NCBI GenBank assembly: GCA_037137775.1
Contig: JBAXJQ010000001.1
Coordinates: 32,316 to 96,315 of the forward strand
Length of the DNA stretch: 64,000 nucleotides
Source of the DNA: Candidatus Falkowbacteria bacterium
GTDB lineage: Bacteria > Patescibacteriota > Patescibacteriia > Patescibacteriales > GWE2-39-37
Direction: 5' to 3'
The notes under the pieces are model-generated. The model made no database searches, was not told the DNA's origin, and saw nothing but the letters and a program-made list of their open reading frames with translations. Numbering within the stretch: position 1 is the first letter of the stretch; the number at the start of each line of letters is the position of its first letter. The position numbers and the translations under genes are program-made. This document shows positions 40,109 through 48,465 of this stretch, one piece after another.

Positions 40109-41158
40109 ATGCCCAACACATTAGTTTTAAATGCCGGCTCAACTTCTATTAAGTATAAACTTTTTGACGAAGTGGAAAAGGAATTAGCGCAAGGCCAGGT
40201 TAACACCGTCAAAGATTACCCCTCAAGTTTTAAGCAGATTTTACGACAAGTAATCAAATTTGGTGAAATCAGCTTAGTTGGTCATCGGGTCGTACATGGT
40301 GGGTGGCGCTTTACCGAACCGACCATAATTGGACAAACAGAACTCGCTGATCTAGCTGAATTTAACCATCTTGCCCCTTTGCATAATCCATATAATTTTG
40401 AAGGTATTAAAGTGGCTATGGAGTTTTTGCCTGAGTCAAAAAACGTGGCTGTGTTTGATACTGGTTTTTTTGCTGAATTACCAGATGAAGCCAAGACCTA
40501 TGCTATTCCTAATAAGGTGAGCGAACAATATCATTTACGTCGTTATGGCTTTCATGGCATCTCCCATAATTATGCCATGTTAAATGCGGCAGAAATTTTT
40601 AATATAAAATTACATTCGTTAAATTTAATTAGTGTACATTTAGGTGGTGGCTGTTCAGTCGCTGCTATTAAAAGAGGCAAGGCAATAGATATCTCCAATG
40701 GATTTACTCCTAATGAAGGGCTGATTATGATGAGTCGTAGCGGTGATATTGACTCTGGTTTGGTGTTAGAACTGTTACGACTTTTACCCGGAACAATCAA
40801 CGCCGAAAAAGTTGAAGCATTAAATCATTTATTAAATTACGAATCAGGTATTAAGGGGTTATCTCCCCGTGATCATGATTTTGTCGAGCTGTTGCGTTCG
40901 GTTAGTTTAAGTCAATCAGCCGCCACGCGGGCATTTAATTTGTTTGTCTATCGAATTGTTAAATATGTCGGTGCTTATTGGGCGGTGTTAGGTGGGGACG
41001 TGGATGGTATAGTCTTTACCGGTGCCATTGGTGCTGGGCAAGCTCAGACACGTAACGCCATTATGCGCCGTCTAAAATTTTTATCTGGCATCCCCACGAT
41101 TGTAATAAAACCGAATGAAGAGTTGCTTATCGCCCGACAGGCCCGCACAATTGTTTAA
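40109..41158 (+). CDS. ackA: Acetate kinase (compact form)
   Basis: LNAGSTSIK, GHRVVHGG, APLHNP, VFDTGF, RRYGFHGISH, HLGGGCS, NEEL. Confidence 0.92.
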   Translation: MPNTLVLNAGSTSIKYKLFDEVEKELAQGQVNTVKDYPSSFKQILRQVIKFGEISLVGHRVVHGGWRFTEPTIIGQTELADLAEFNHLAPLHNPYNFEGIKVAMEFLPESKNVAVFDTGFFAELPDEAKTYAIPNKVSEQYHLRRYGFHGISHNYAMLNAAEIFNIKLHSLNLISVHLGGGCSVAAIKRGKAIDISNGFTPNEGLIMMSRSGDIDSGLVLELLRLLPGTINAEKVEALNHLLNYESGIKGLSPRDHDFVELLRSVSLSQSAATRAFNLFVYRIVKYVGAYWAVLGGDVDGIVFTGAIGAGQAQTRNAIMRRLKFLSGIPTIVIKPNEELLIARQARTIV

Positions 41159-41160
41159 AT

Positions 41161-42783
41161 ATGATACGTAAAATTTTACACAACAAGACTTCAAGCATAG
41201 CAGCGGCCGCTTTATTTGTGGCCGCTTCTTCGTTAGTTTCTCGAGTACTTGGCTTGGTTCGTGATCGCATTTTAGCCGGCAGTTTCGGTGCAGGCGATAC
41301 CTTGGATGTATATTATGCCGCCTTCCGCTTGCCAGATTTAGTTTATAATTTACTGGTTTTAGGTGCTCTTTCCGCAGGCTTTATCCCGATTTTTACTCAG
41401 CTGATCAGTAAAAATGATTCCGATACTGTTTCAGTAGAAGGGTGGCGTTTGGCTAATAATATTTTTTCAATTCTTCTATTTATGTTGTCCGGTCTGTTAT
41501 TGTTTGTGGCCATATTCGCTCGTCCGTTAGCCGGAATTTTTGCACCAGGCTTTAGTGGTGATAAATTGGAGGCAACGGTTGCCTTAACCAGGATTATGGT
41601 TTTTTCACCGTTGTTATTGGGCTTGTCAGCAGTCATGGGTGGGGTGTTGCAATCGACGAAGCGTTTTTTGATTTATTCATTAGCACCGATAATGTACAAC
41701 TTGGGTATAATTTTTGGCGCTCTGGTTTTTGTACCAGTATTCGGTATTACCGGCCTAGGATTTGGTGTTGTCTTAGGTGCGTTATTGCATTTTGCGATTC
41801 AATTACCAACTATGTTTCAACTTGGTTGGCGATTTCAGCCAGTTATAGATTTTCGTGATGCCTCTGTACGCAAAATTGCCGTAATGATGGTGCCGCGAAC
41901 CTTATCATTGGCCGTTGGACAAGTAGATTTGTTGGTTAGCACTGCCATTGCCAGTACTTTGGCCAGCGGCTCGTTGGCTGTTTTTAATTTTGCGAATAAT
42001 ATCCAGATTTTCCCAGTTGGCATTTTTGGTATTGCTTTTGCTACGGCGGTTTTTCCAACCTTATCTGCTTTAGCTGATAAGCGATATCAATTTGTGGCCA
42101 GTTTTTCAAGTACGATAAAACAGATCTGGTTTTTTATTATTCCCGCCACAGTATTCTTTCTTATTTTTCGAGCTGAAATTATTCGCCTATTGTTAGGCGT
42201 TGGTCAATTTTCTTGGGAAAACACCAGACTAACTTATGAGGCTCTAACGTTTTTTGTTATTTCACTTTTTGCTCAATCCGCCATTCCATTGTTAGTGCGC
42301 AGTTTCTACGCTCGTCACAATAGCCGCCAACCATTTTATATTGGAGTAGTAGCCGTGGCAGCCGATGTTTTTTTCTCATTATGGTTTAGTCAAATTTGGG
42401 GTGTAGCTGGCATTGCTTTGGCTTTTTCAATTTCCAGCATAATTAATTTTATTGGCTTATGGTGGCTTTTGCGTCGTGAATTAAAAAATTTAAATGAACG
42501 CTCTATCTTAATTTCAACAAGTAAATTTATTTTAGCGGCGGTAATTGCAGGTGGTATTACACTAGGTCTAAAAAGTATTTTGCATAGTTTATTACCAATG
42601 GATAGAACAATTGGCATCTTACTTCAGTCCGGTTTAGCTGGCAGTCTAGGTCTTTTGGCCTATGTTTTTTTCTGCCATTGGCTTGGCTGTACCGAGGTTC
42701 AATTTTTTTGGCAAAAATTAGCTAAAAAATCATCATTACTAAAAACCAAGTTAGCAGATCAAGGTGAGGCTAGAGGTATTTGA
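41161..42783 (+). CDS. murJ: Lipid II flippase MurJ
   Basis: SRVLGLVRDRILA..FGAG, AFRLPD, GALSAGFIP; about 14 TM segments. Confidence 0.93.
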   Translation: MIRKILHNKTSSIAAAALFVAASSLVSRVLGLVRDRILAGSFGAGDTLDVYYAAFRLPDLVYNLLVLGALSAGFIPIFTQLISKNDSDTVSVEGWRLANNIFSILLFMLSGLLLFVAIFARPLAGIFAPGFSGDKLEATVALTRIMVFSPLLLGLSAVMGGVLQSTKRFLIYSLAPIMYNLGIIFGALVFVPVFGITGLGFGVVLGALLHFAIQLPTMFQLGWRFQPVIDFRDASVRKIAVMMVPRTLSLAVGQVDLLVSTAIASTLASGSLAVFNFANNIQIFPVGIFGIAFATAVFPTLSALADKRYQFVASFSSTIKQIWFFIIPATVFFLIFRAEIIRLLLGVGQFSWENTRLTYEALTFFVISLFAQSAIPLLVRSFYARHNSRQPFYIGVVAVAADVFFSLWFSQIWGVAGIALAFSISSIINFIGLWWLLRRELKNLNERSILISTSKFILAAVIAGGITLGLKSILHSLLPMDRTIGILLQSGLAGSLGLLAYVFFCHWLGCTEVQFFWQKLAKKSSLLKTKLADQGEARGI

Positions 42784-42864
42784 CCGATGAGGATAAAATC
42801 GGTATTATAATAGCGCTACTGCAAGCCGAAGCGCTTAATTTGGCTTTTATTAGAAATATAGAAA

Positions 42865-44649
42865 ATGCAACCGATTAGAAATTTTTGTATCATTGCCCAT
42901 ATCGATCACGGTAAGTCTACGTTAGCTGACCGTCTTTTGGAGTTTACCGGCACTGTTGAAAAACGGAAAATGAAAGAACAGTTGTTGGATAAAATGGATT
43001 TGGAGCGCGAGCGGGGAATAACCATTAAATTAGCGCCAGTGACCATGGATTATCAAGGGTATACCCTAAATTTAATTGATACTCCAGGTCATGTCGATTT
43101 TACCTATGAGGTCTCTCGCAGCTTGGCAGCTGTCGAAGGGGCGATACTTTTAGTTGATGCGACGCAAGGCATTCAAGCTCAAACAATTGCTAATTTATAT
43201 TTGGCTATTGAACAGAATTTGGTGATTATTCCAATAGTAAACAAGATTGATTTACCCGCGGCAGATTTACAAAAAACCAAGCATGAAATTATTAAATTAT
43301 TAGGTTGTGATGAGAATGAAATAATTTGTGCCTCGGGCAAAACCGGTGCTGGTATTCCGGAGATTATTAAGGCGGTAATCGACCGAGTGCCAGCGCCCGC
43401 TGGCAAACCAGATGCCCCGGCACGTGCCTTGATTTTTGATTCCAATTACGATGAGTATCGCGGCGTAGTTGCTTTTGTGCGCGTAGTCGATGGCCAAATT
43501 AATAAGAACGATAAGATTATTCTAATGGCGACCAAAGCCAGAAGCGAGTCATTGGATGTAGGCATATTTAAACCCGATTATTTTTCTACTAGTTTTTTAA
43601 GTACTGGTCAGATCGGCTATATCGTTACCGGTTTTAAAGATGTTTCTGATTGCCGCGTGGGCGACACTGTGGCTTTTCAGCAGACTGCTGCTACCACACA
43701 ACAGTTAATAGGTTATCGTGAGGCAAAGCCGATGGTTTATGCCGGCATTTATCCCAAGGAAGGTGATGATTTTCAACAATTGCGTGAAGCGATTTCAAAA
43801 TTAAAATTGAATGATGCCGCCCTAGTCTACGAGCCGGAGCATTCTCAAGCACTCGGCTTTGGTTTTCGTTGTGGTTTTTTAGGCTTACTCCATTTGGAAA
43901 TTTTTCAAGAACGATTACGTCGTGAATACGATTTGGATTTGATTGTTACGGTGCCTAGTGTTTCCTATCACGTGCAAAAACATAATGGCGATGAGGTGGT
44001 GGTTAGTAGCCCACAACTCTTACCTACGCCAACTGAAATTAAGGCAGTACTTGAACCTTGGGTGAAGTTAGACGTGGTTACACCTAAGACTTATTTAGGG
44101 GCAATTATGAATTTTAGCCAAGAAAAACGAGGAGTTTACAAGAATACGGAGTATTTGGACGAGGAGCGGGCAGTTCTCCATTATAATATTCCGATGAGCG
44201 CGATTTTAACTGATTTTTATGATAAAATAAAAAGTATCAGCTCTGGCTACGCTTCTATTAATTATGAGTTTTCAGATTATCAGCCAGCTGATGTGGTCAA
44301 GCTTGATATTTTAGTAGCAGAAGAGGCGGTTGAGGCCTTAACCACCATTGTCTATCGCGATGAATCTTTCCGTCGGGGCAAAGAAGTGGTAACGGTTTTA
44401 AAAGATACCTTGCCTAAGCAGATGTTTGTAATAAAAATTCAAGCAGCTATTGGTGGCAAGGTAATCGCCTCGGAAAAAATATCCGCTATGCGTAAAGATG
44501 TTACGGCCAAATTGTACGGCGGTGATGTAACCCGTAAACGTAAATTGTTAGAAAAACAGAAGAAAGGCAAGAAAAAAATGATGGCCATGGGTAAGGGTAG
44601 TGTGGACATTCCCAGTGATACTTTTGTAAAAATATTAAAACGACAATAA
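42865..44649 (+). CDS. lepA: Elongation factor 4
   Basis: IRNFCIIAHIDHGKSTLADR, GFRCGFLGLLH, RKDVTAKLYGGD. Confidence 0.97.
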   Translation: MQPIRNFCIIAHIDHGKSTLADRLLEFTGTVEKRKMKEQLLDKMDLERERGITIKLAPVTMDYQGYTLNLIDTPGHVDFTYEVSRSLAAVEGAILLVDATQGIQAQTIANLYLAIEQNLVIIPIVNKIDLPAADLQKTKHEIIKLLGCDENEIICASGKTGAGIPEIIKAVIDRVPAPAGKPDAPARALIFDSNYDEYRGVVAFVRVVDGQINKNDKIILMATKARSESLDVGIFKPDYFSTSFLSTGQIGYIVTGFKDVSDCRVGDTVAFQQTAATTQQLIGYREAKPMVYAGIYPKEGDDFQQLREAISKLKLNDAALVYEPEHSQALGFGFRCGFLGLLHLEIFQERLRREYDLDLIVTVPSVSYHVQKHNGDEVVVSSPQLLPTPTEIKAVLEPWVKLDVVTPKTYLGAIMNFSQEKRGVYKNTEYLDEERAVLHYNIPMSAILTDFYDKIKSISSGYASINYEFSDYQPADVVKLDILVAEEAVEALTTIVYRDESFRRGKEVVTVLKDTLPKQMFVIKIQAAIGGKVIASEKISAMRKDVTAKLYGGDVTRKRKLLEKQKKGKKKMMAMGKGSVDIPSDTFVKILKRQ

Positions 44650-44651
44650 TT

Positions 44652-44759
44652 ATGTTAGATTTAAAAAGAAAAAAGCGCATCCGCATTATTTGGGCGATTA
44701 TTAGTTTAATGGTGATTTTTTCCATGGTGGCGTGGACGGTCGGCATCGCTTTAATGTAA
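44652..44759 (+). CDS. 35-aa single-pass membrane microprotein
   Basis: MLDLKRKKRIRIIWAIISLMVIFSMVAWTVGIALM*; basic N-terminus plus TM helix, filling the lepA-recJ gap. Confidence 0.65.
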   Translation: MLDLKRKKRIRIIWAIISLMVIFSMVAWTVGIALM

Positions 44760-44783
44760 GAAGGTAGATAATAAACAAACGTA

Positions 44784-46529
44784 ATGACGATAAAAATTTG
44801 GCAACAGATGCCGGCCATTACGCCGGTAGTTCGTGAGCTATTCTCGTCTCAAGACGAGGTGTCCGCGCAGCTTTTATTTAACCGAGGTCTAATTACAGCC
44901 CAAGCTGCTGCTGATTTTTTAGTAGGAGAAGATGACCGCTTGCAACATGATCCATTTTTGTTTCGCAACATGATTGAGGCAGTTGATTTGGTAATCAGTC
45001 ACATCAAGGCGGGAAATAAGATAATTGTCTATGGTGATTATGATGCTGACGGTGTTACCGCAGCTTCGTGTCTTTATGAAACGCTTGCAACATTGCATGC
45101 TCAAGTTGGTGTTTACATTCCCGATCGAGTCAGTGAAGGGTATGGACTTAATCAAGCCGCAATTAATGAATTAGTTGCTCAACAAGCGAAATTGGTCATT
45201 ACGGTGGATAATGGCATTCGTGACCAAGCCAATGTGGCACGGCTCATAGAACGGGGTGTGCAAGTAATTGTGACCGATCACCATGTTCCTCCGCCTGAAA
45301 CCTCTAATTGGCCGCAGTGTTTAATTATTAATCCGATGTTACCGAACGAAACCTATCCGTTTAAATATTTGGCCGGTGTCGGGGTGGCAAGTAAATTTGC
45401 TCTGGCAATTATAAAACGGGCAAATATTTCAGATGAGATTAAAGACCGACTAAGCGATCGGATAATGGATTTAGTCGCTTTAGGCACAGTGGCTGATTGT
45501 GTAACGCTTTTGGGTGAAAATCGAGCTCTTGTTAAGCGGGGTTTGCGGGTAATGAATCATACCACTCGTATTGGTTTACAAGAACTTATTAAGATTGCAA
45601 AAATCAATGAAGAAAAAACTTTAGATAGTTGGAATATCGGTTTTCAGCTAGCGCCTCGATTAAATGCGGCAGGACGAATGGATCACGCTAACACGGCATT
45701 TGAATTGATGATAACCCGAGACCAGCCTACTGCCGTTAAGTTGGCTATGGGCTTAAATGATAGCAATCAGATTCGTCAACGAATTACCGAGGGCATCGTG
45801 AAGCAGGTAACCGCTACCATTACTGAACAACAATTGGCGGATAAAATAATTATCGCTGTTAGCCCCAGTGTGTATGGCCAAGGTGAATCTTGGAATGAGG
45901 GTGTCATTGGCTTGGCCGCCGGACGTTTGATGGAACGGTATTATTTGCCGGTTTTAGTTATTACCGGAACGCCAAATCATATCAAGGCCTCGGGGCGGAG
46001 TATTGAGGAGTTTCATTTAATTGAGGCGATTGAATTGGCTAGTGAGCATTTAGATAAATATGGTGGTCATGCCGCAGCTGCCGGCTTTACTATTACGAGC
46101 CAAGCCAACCTTGAAGCCTTTATGACAGCAATGAAAGGGTTGGTTAAAGCCAAGCTGGGCGACTTAACGCTAGGGGCTAAATTAAACATTGAAACGGAAA
46201 TTTCGTTGCGACAAATCGATATGGATTTGTGGACCAACCTAGAACGGTTTGCCCCTTTTGGTGAAGACAACCCTAAACCAATTTTTGTCACCCATGGCGT
46301 TGAAGTAGTTGATTTGGCTAAATTGGGTACCGAGGGCCAGCATTTACGCCTGCGTCTGCGTCAGGATCAACCGCGATTTTTAAGCGCAATCGGCTTTAAT
46401 CAAGTAGTTGACTGGCCGGATTTAAAAATCGGTTCAATAATAAATGTTGTTTATTATTTAGAATTAAATACTTTTAATGGTCGTACCGAATTGCAGCTTA
46501 GATTAATTGATTTAAAAATACTGTCGTAA
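44784..46529 (+). CDS. recJ: Single-stranded-DNA exonuclease RecJ
   Basis: GDYDADG, EGYGL, TVDNG, TDHH, LGTVAD, PRLNAAGR, GGHAAAAG. Confidence 0.96.
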   Translation: MTIKIWQQMPAITPVVRELFSSQDEVSAQLLFNRGLITAQAAADFLVGEDDRLQHDPFLFRNMIEAVDLVISHIKAGNKIIVYGDYDADGVTAASCLYETLATLHAQVGVYIPDRVSEGYGLNQAAINELVAQQAKLVITVDNGIRDQANVARLIERGVQVIVTDHHVPPPETSNWPQCLIINPMLPNETYPFKYLAGVGVASKFALAIIKRANISDEIKDRLSDRIMDLVALGTVADCVTLLGENRALVKRGLRVMNHTTRIGLQELIKIAKINEEKTLDSWNIGFQLAPRLNAAGRMDHANTAFELMITRDQPTAVKLAMGLNDSNQIRQRITEGIVKQVTATITEQQLADKIIIAVSPSVYGQGESWNEGVIGLAAGRLMERYYLPVLVITGTPNHIKASGRSIEEFHLIEAIELASEHLDKYGGHAAAAGFTITSQANLEAFMTAMKGLVKAKLGDLTLGAKLNIETEISLRQIDMDLWTNLERFAPFGEDNPKPIFVTHGVEVVDLAKLGTEGQHLRLRLRQDQPRFLSAIGFNQVVDWPDLKIGSIINVVYYLELNTFNGRTELQLRLIDLKILS

Positions 46530-46531
46530 GT

Positions 46532-46945
46532 ATGACTAATAAAATTACAATTTATTCCGATGGCGGGGCACGTGGCAATCCAGGCCCAGCAGCCATTGGC
46601 ACGGTGCTGTATGATGAGGGTGGTGTAGTAGTTGCCGAAATTTCAGAATATATTGGTGAGACAACAAATAACCAAGCCGAATACAAGGCGATTATTGCTG
46701 GCCTAATTTGTGCCAAAGAGCTCGGTGCGCAAACGATTGAGTGTTTTCTTGATAGTCTTTTAGTGGTTGAGCAGTTAAATCATCGGTACAAAGTTAAACA
46801 CCCTGGCCTGGCACCCTTGTTTTTAGAAGTACACAATTTACGTCACCATTTTAAGCAAATTAGCTTTCGGCATATCCCTAGAGAAAAAAACAAAGCCGCA
46901 GATAAGTTAGTTAATTTAGCACTGGACAGGGAATTGGGCTGTTAG
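46532..46945 (+). CDS. rnhA: Ribonuclease HI (short archaeal/Gram-positive-like type)
   Basis: SDGGARGNPG, TNNQAEY, DSLLVVEQ, HIPREKN..AD. Confidence 0.9.
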   Translation: MTNKITIYSDGGARGNPGPAAIGTVLYDEGGVVVAEISEYIGETTNNQAEYKAIIAGLICAKELGAQTIECFLDSLLVVEQLNHRYKVKHPGLAPLFLEVHNLRHHFKQISFRHIPREKNKAADKLVNLALDRELGC

Positions 46946-46951
46946 TATAAT
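46923..46951 (+). promoter_or_regulatory. Probable promoter of the tRNA-Val transcript
   Basis: TGGACA-17 nt-TATAAT. Confidence 0.5.
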
Positions 46952-46966
46952 AAAAAATGTTTTTCA

Positions 46967-47035
46967 TTGTCATGCCGGACTCGATCCGGCATCTCGTAAA
47001 TTTCACCTGATACCGGATCAAGTCCGGTATGACAA
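46967..47035. repeat. Nested palindromic miniature element (REP/RPE-like)
   Basis: TTGTCATGCCGGACTCGATCCGGCATC...GATACCGGATCAAGTCCGGTATGACAA. The two arms are mutually complementary and each is also self-palindromic. Confidence 0.75.
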
Positions 47036-47038
47036 CAA

Positions 47039-47118
47039 GGTCGCATTCTGCCCAGGGCTGAACCGCCTTGGGCAGAGGCTCAGTTGGTTACCTGCCTGCT
47101 GGCAGGCTGGGAGCGCAC
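47039..47118 (+). pseudogene. Duplicated 5' 30 nt of tRNA-Val interrupted by two palindromic insertions
   Basis: GGTCGCAT[30-nt hairpin]GGCTCAGTTGGTTA[20-nt hairpin]GAGCGCAC. Removing the inserts gives an exact match to 47142-47171. Confidence 0.85.
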
Positions 47119-47141
47119 TATGTAGTAGAAAAAAAATATCA

Positions 47142-47215
47142 GGTCGCATGGCTCAGTTGGTTAGAGCGCACCGTTCACATCGGTGAGGTCCCAGGTTCGA
47201 GTCCTGGTGCGACCA
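47142..47215 (+). tRNA. tRNA-Val (anticodon CAC), CCA not encoded
   Basis: Acceptor GGTCGCA/TGCGACC, D-arm GCTC..GAGC, anticodon arm CACCG-TTCACAT-CGGTG, T-arm CCAGG-TTCGAGT-CCTGG. Confidence 0.96.
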
Positions 47216-47311
47216 CAAGTAAAGTGTTTGTCCGTTAGGGCAAACAAATTATTTGTTTTTTAAACAAAAGTCCTCGCTAGTCACGAGGCGGATAACGCAA
47301 GGAGACTCACC

Positions 47312-47494
47312 ATGGATACCACCAATTTGGGAAGTCTTGTGGCCAAGACGCAAGTCGGGCAGGCAGTGTATTTAACCGCTTTTGGTAACACGGTAATAGA
47401 CCAGCTCCTTGGGATGTATAATTTTTACTGGAATTGGTTTTATTGCCCAACGGGCTTGCTATCAACTGACCGGAATGTGTCGACAGAAAATTAG
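47312..47494 (+). CDS. Putative 60-aa protein
   Basis: AAGGAG SD upstream of the ATG, with a terminator downstream; aromatic patch YNFYWNWFY. Confidence 0.5.
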   Translation: MDTTNLGSLVAKTQVGQAVYLTAFGNTVIDQLLGMYNFYWNWFYCPTGLLSTDRNVSTEN

Positions 47495-47531
47495 CCAGCC
47501 CTATCCTTGAACGCAGAATGCACTTCATCCT

Positions 47532-47567
47532 ACCCCCGGAGTTTTTTATCCGGGGGTGATTTTTTTG
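47532..47567 (+). terminator. Intrinsic terminator
   Basis: ACCCCCGGA-GTTTTTTA-TCCGGGGGT followed by GATTTTTTT. Confidence 0.75.
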
Positions 47568-47618
47568 CTTTTTAGTCTAACCTTGGTATACTTTCAATAT
47601 GATCATTAAACTAAAAAT

Positions 47619-48371
47619 ATGTCACAGTATTATAATCCTAAGCGTACCAAAAATATTTTTAACCCAACTTCTCCGGAGCCGTTCAAAATCAGCCGGTCGA
47701 AAATCGATCTATTTTTGAATTGCCCGCGCTGTTTTTATCTCGATCGCCGGCTTGGCATCGGTCAACCGCCAGGCTTTCCATTCAATCTCAACTCCGCCGT
47801 TGATGCCTTGCTAAAAAAGGAATTTGATATTCATCGGGCAGGGAACACAGCGCATCCTTTGATGAAGGCCTATGGCTTAGATTTAGTTCCGCTGCAGCAC
47901 GAGTTGATGGACGAATGGCGGGAAAATTTTAAGGGAGTGCAGTTTTTGCATGAGTCGACCAATTTCTTGGTTACCGGTGCGGTGGATGATTTATGGGTGG
48001 ATAAGAATAATAAGATTCACATTGTTGATTATAAGGCTACCAGTAAATCGACCGAGGTGAATCTAGATGCGGATTGGCAGATAGGCTATAAGCGCCAGAT
48101 GGAAATTTATCAGTGGTTAGTGCGCAACAACGGTTATACTGTATCGGACGTGGGTTATTTCGTGTATTGCAACGGTAAAACCGACCGTGAGGCCTTTGAT
48201 GGCAAGCTAGAATTTGATATCAAAATTATCCCTTATACCGGTGATGCCTCATGGGTAGAGAAGGAGTTAATTAAAGCGCATGATTGTCTGATGAGCAAAA
48301 AAATTCCTAAGCTGGGTGTCAATTGCGATTATTGCCAGTATGTAGCAGCGGTAGAAAAAGCAACAAAATAG
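47619..48371 (+). CDS. PD-(D/E)XK nuclease, RecB/Cas4-like
   Basis: ISRSKI..CPRCFY, GAVDDL, IVDYKAT, QMEIY (QxxxY), C-terminal CDYC. Confidence 0.85.
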   Translation: MSQYYNPKRTKNIFNPTSPEPFKISRSKIDLFLNCPRCFYLDRRLGIGQPPGFPFNLNSAVDALLKKEFDIHRAGNTAHPLMKAYGLDLVPLQHELMDEWRENFKGVQFLHESTNFLVTGAVDDLWVDKNNKIHIVDYKATSKSTEVNLDADWQIGYKRQMEIYQWLVRNNGYTVSDVGYFVYCNGKTDREAFDGKLEFDIKIIPYTGDASWVEKELIKAHDCLMSKKIPKLGVNCDYCQYVAAVEKATK

Positions 48372-48465
48372 TTTACGAAATCATATAAAAATGGTTTAAT
48401 GTAATTAATACGTAACATTTATTCTTTTTGGTTGTATTAAAAGAGTAATATTAAACACAATCAAC

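Noticed and set aside
47039-47140. Interrupted tRNA copy as a functional intron-containing or split tRNA
   Set aside because: It stops within the anticodon stem and has no 3' half of its own, and an intact gene lies directly downstream.
46960-48371. Palindromes plus a Cas4-like gene as a CRISPR locus
   Set aside because: There are no direct repeats with regular spacers and no cas1/cas2, and the palindromes all differ from one another.
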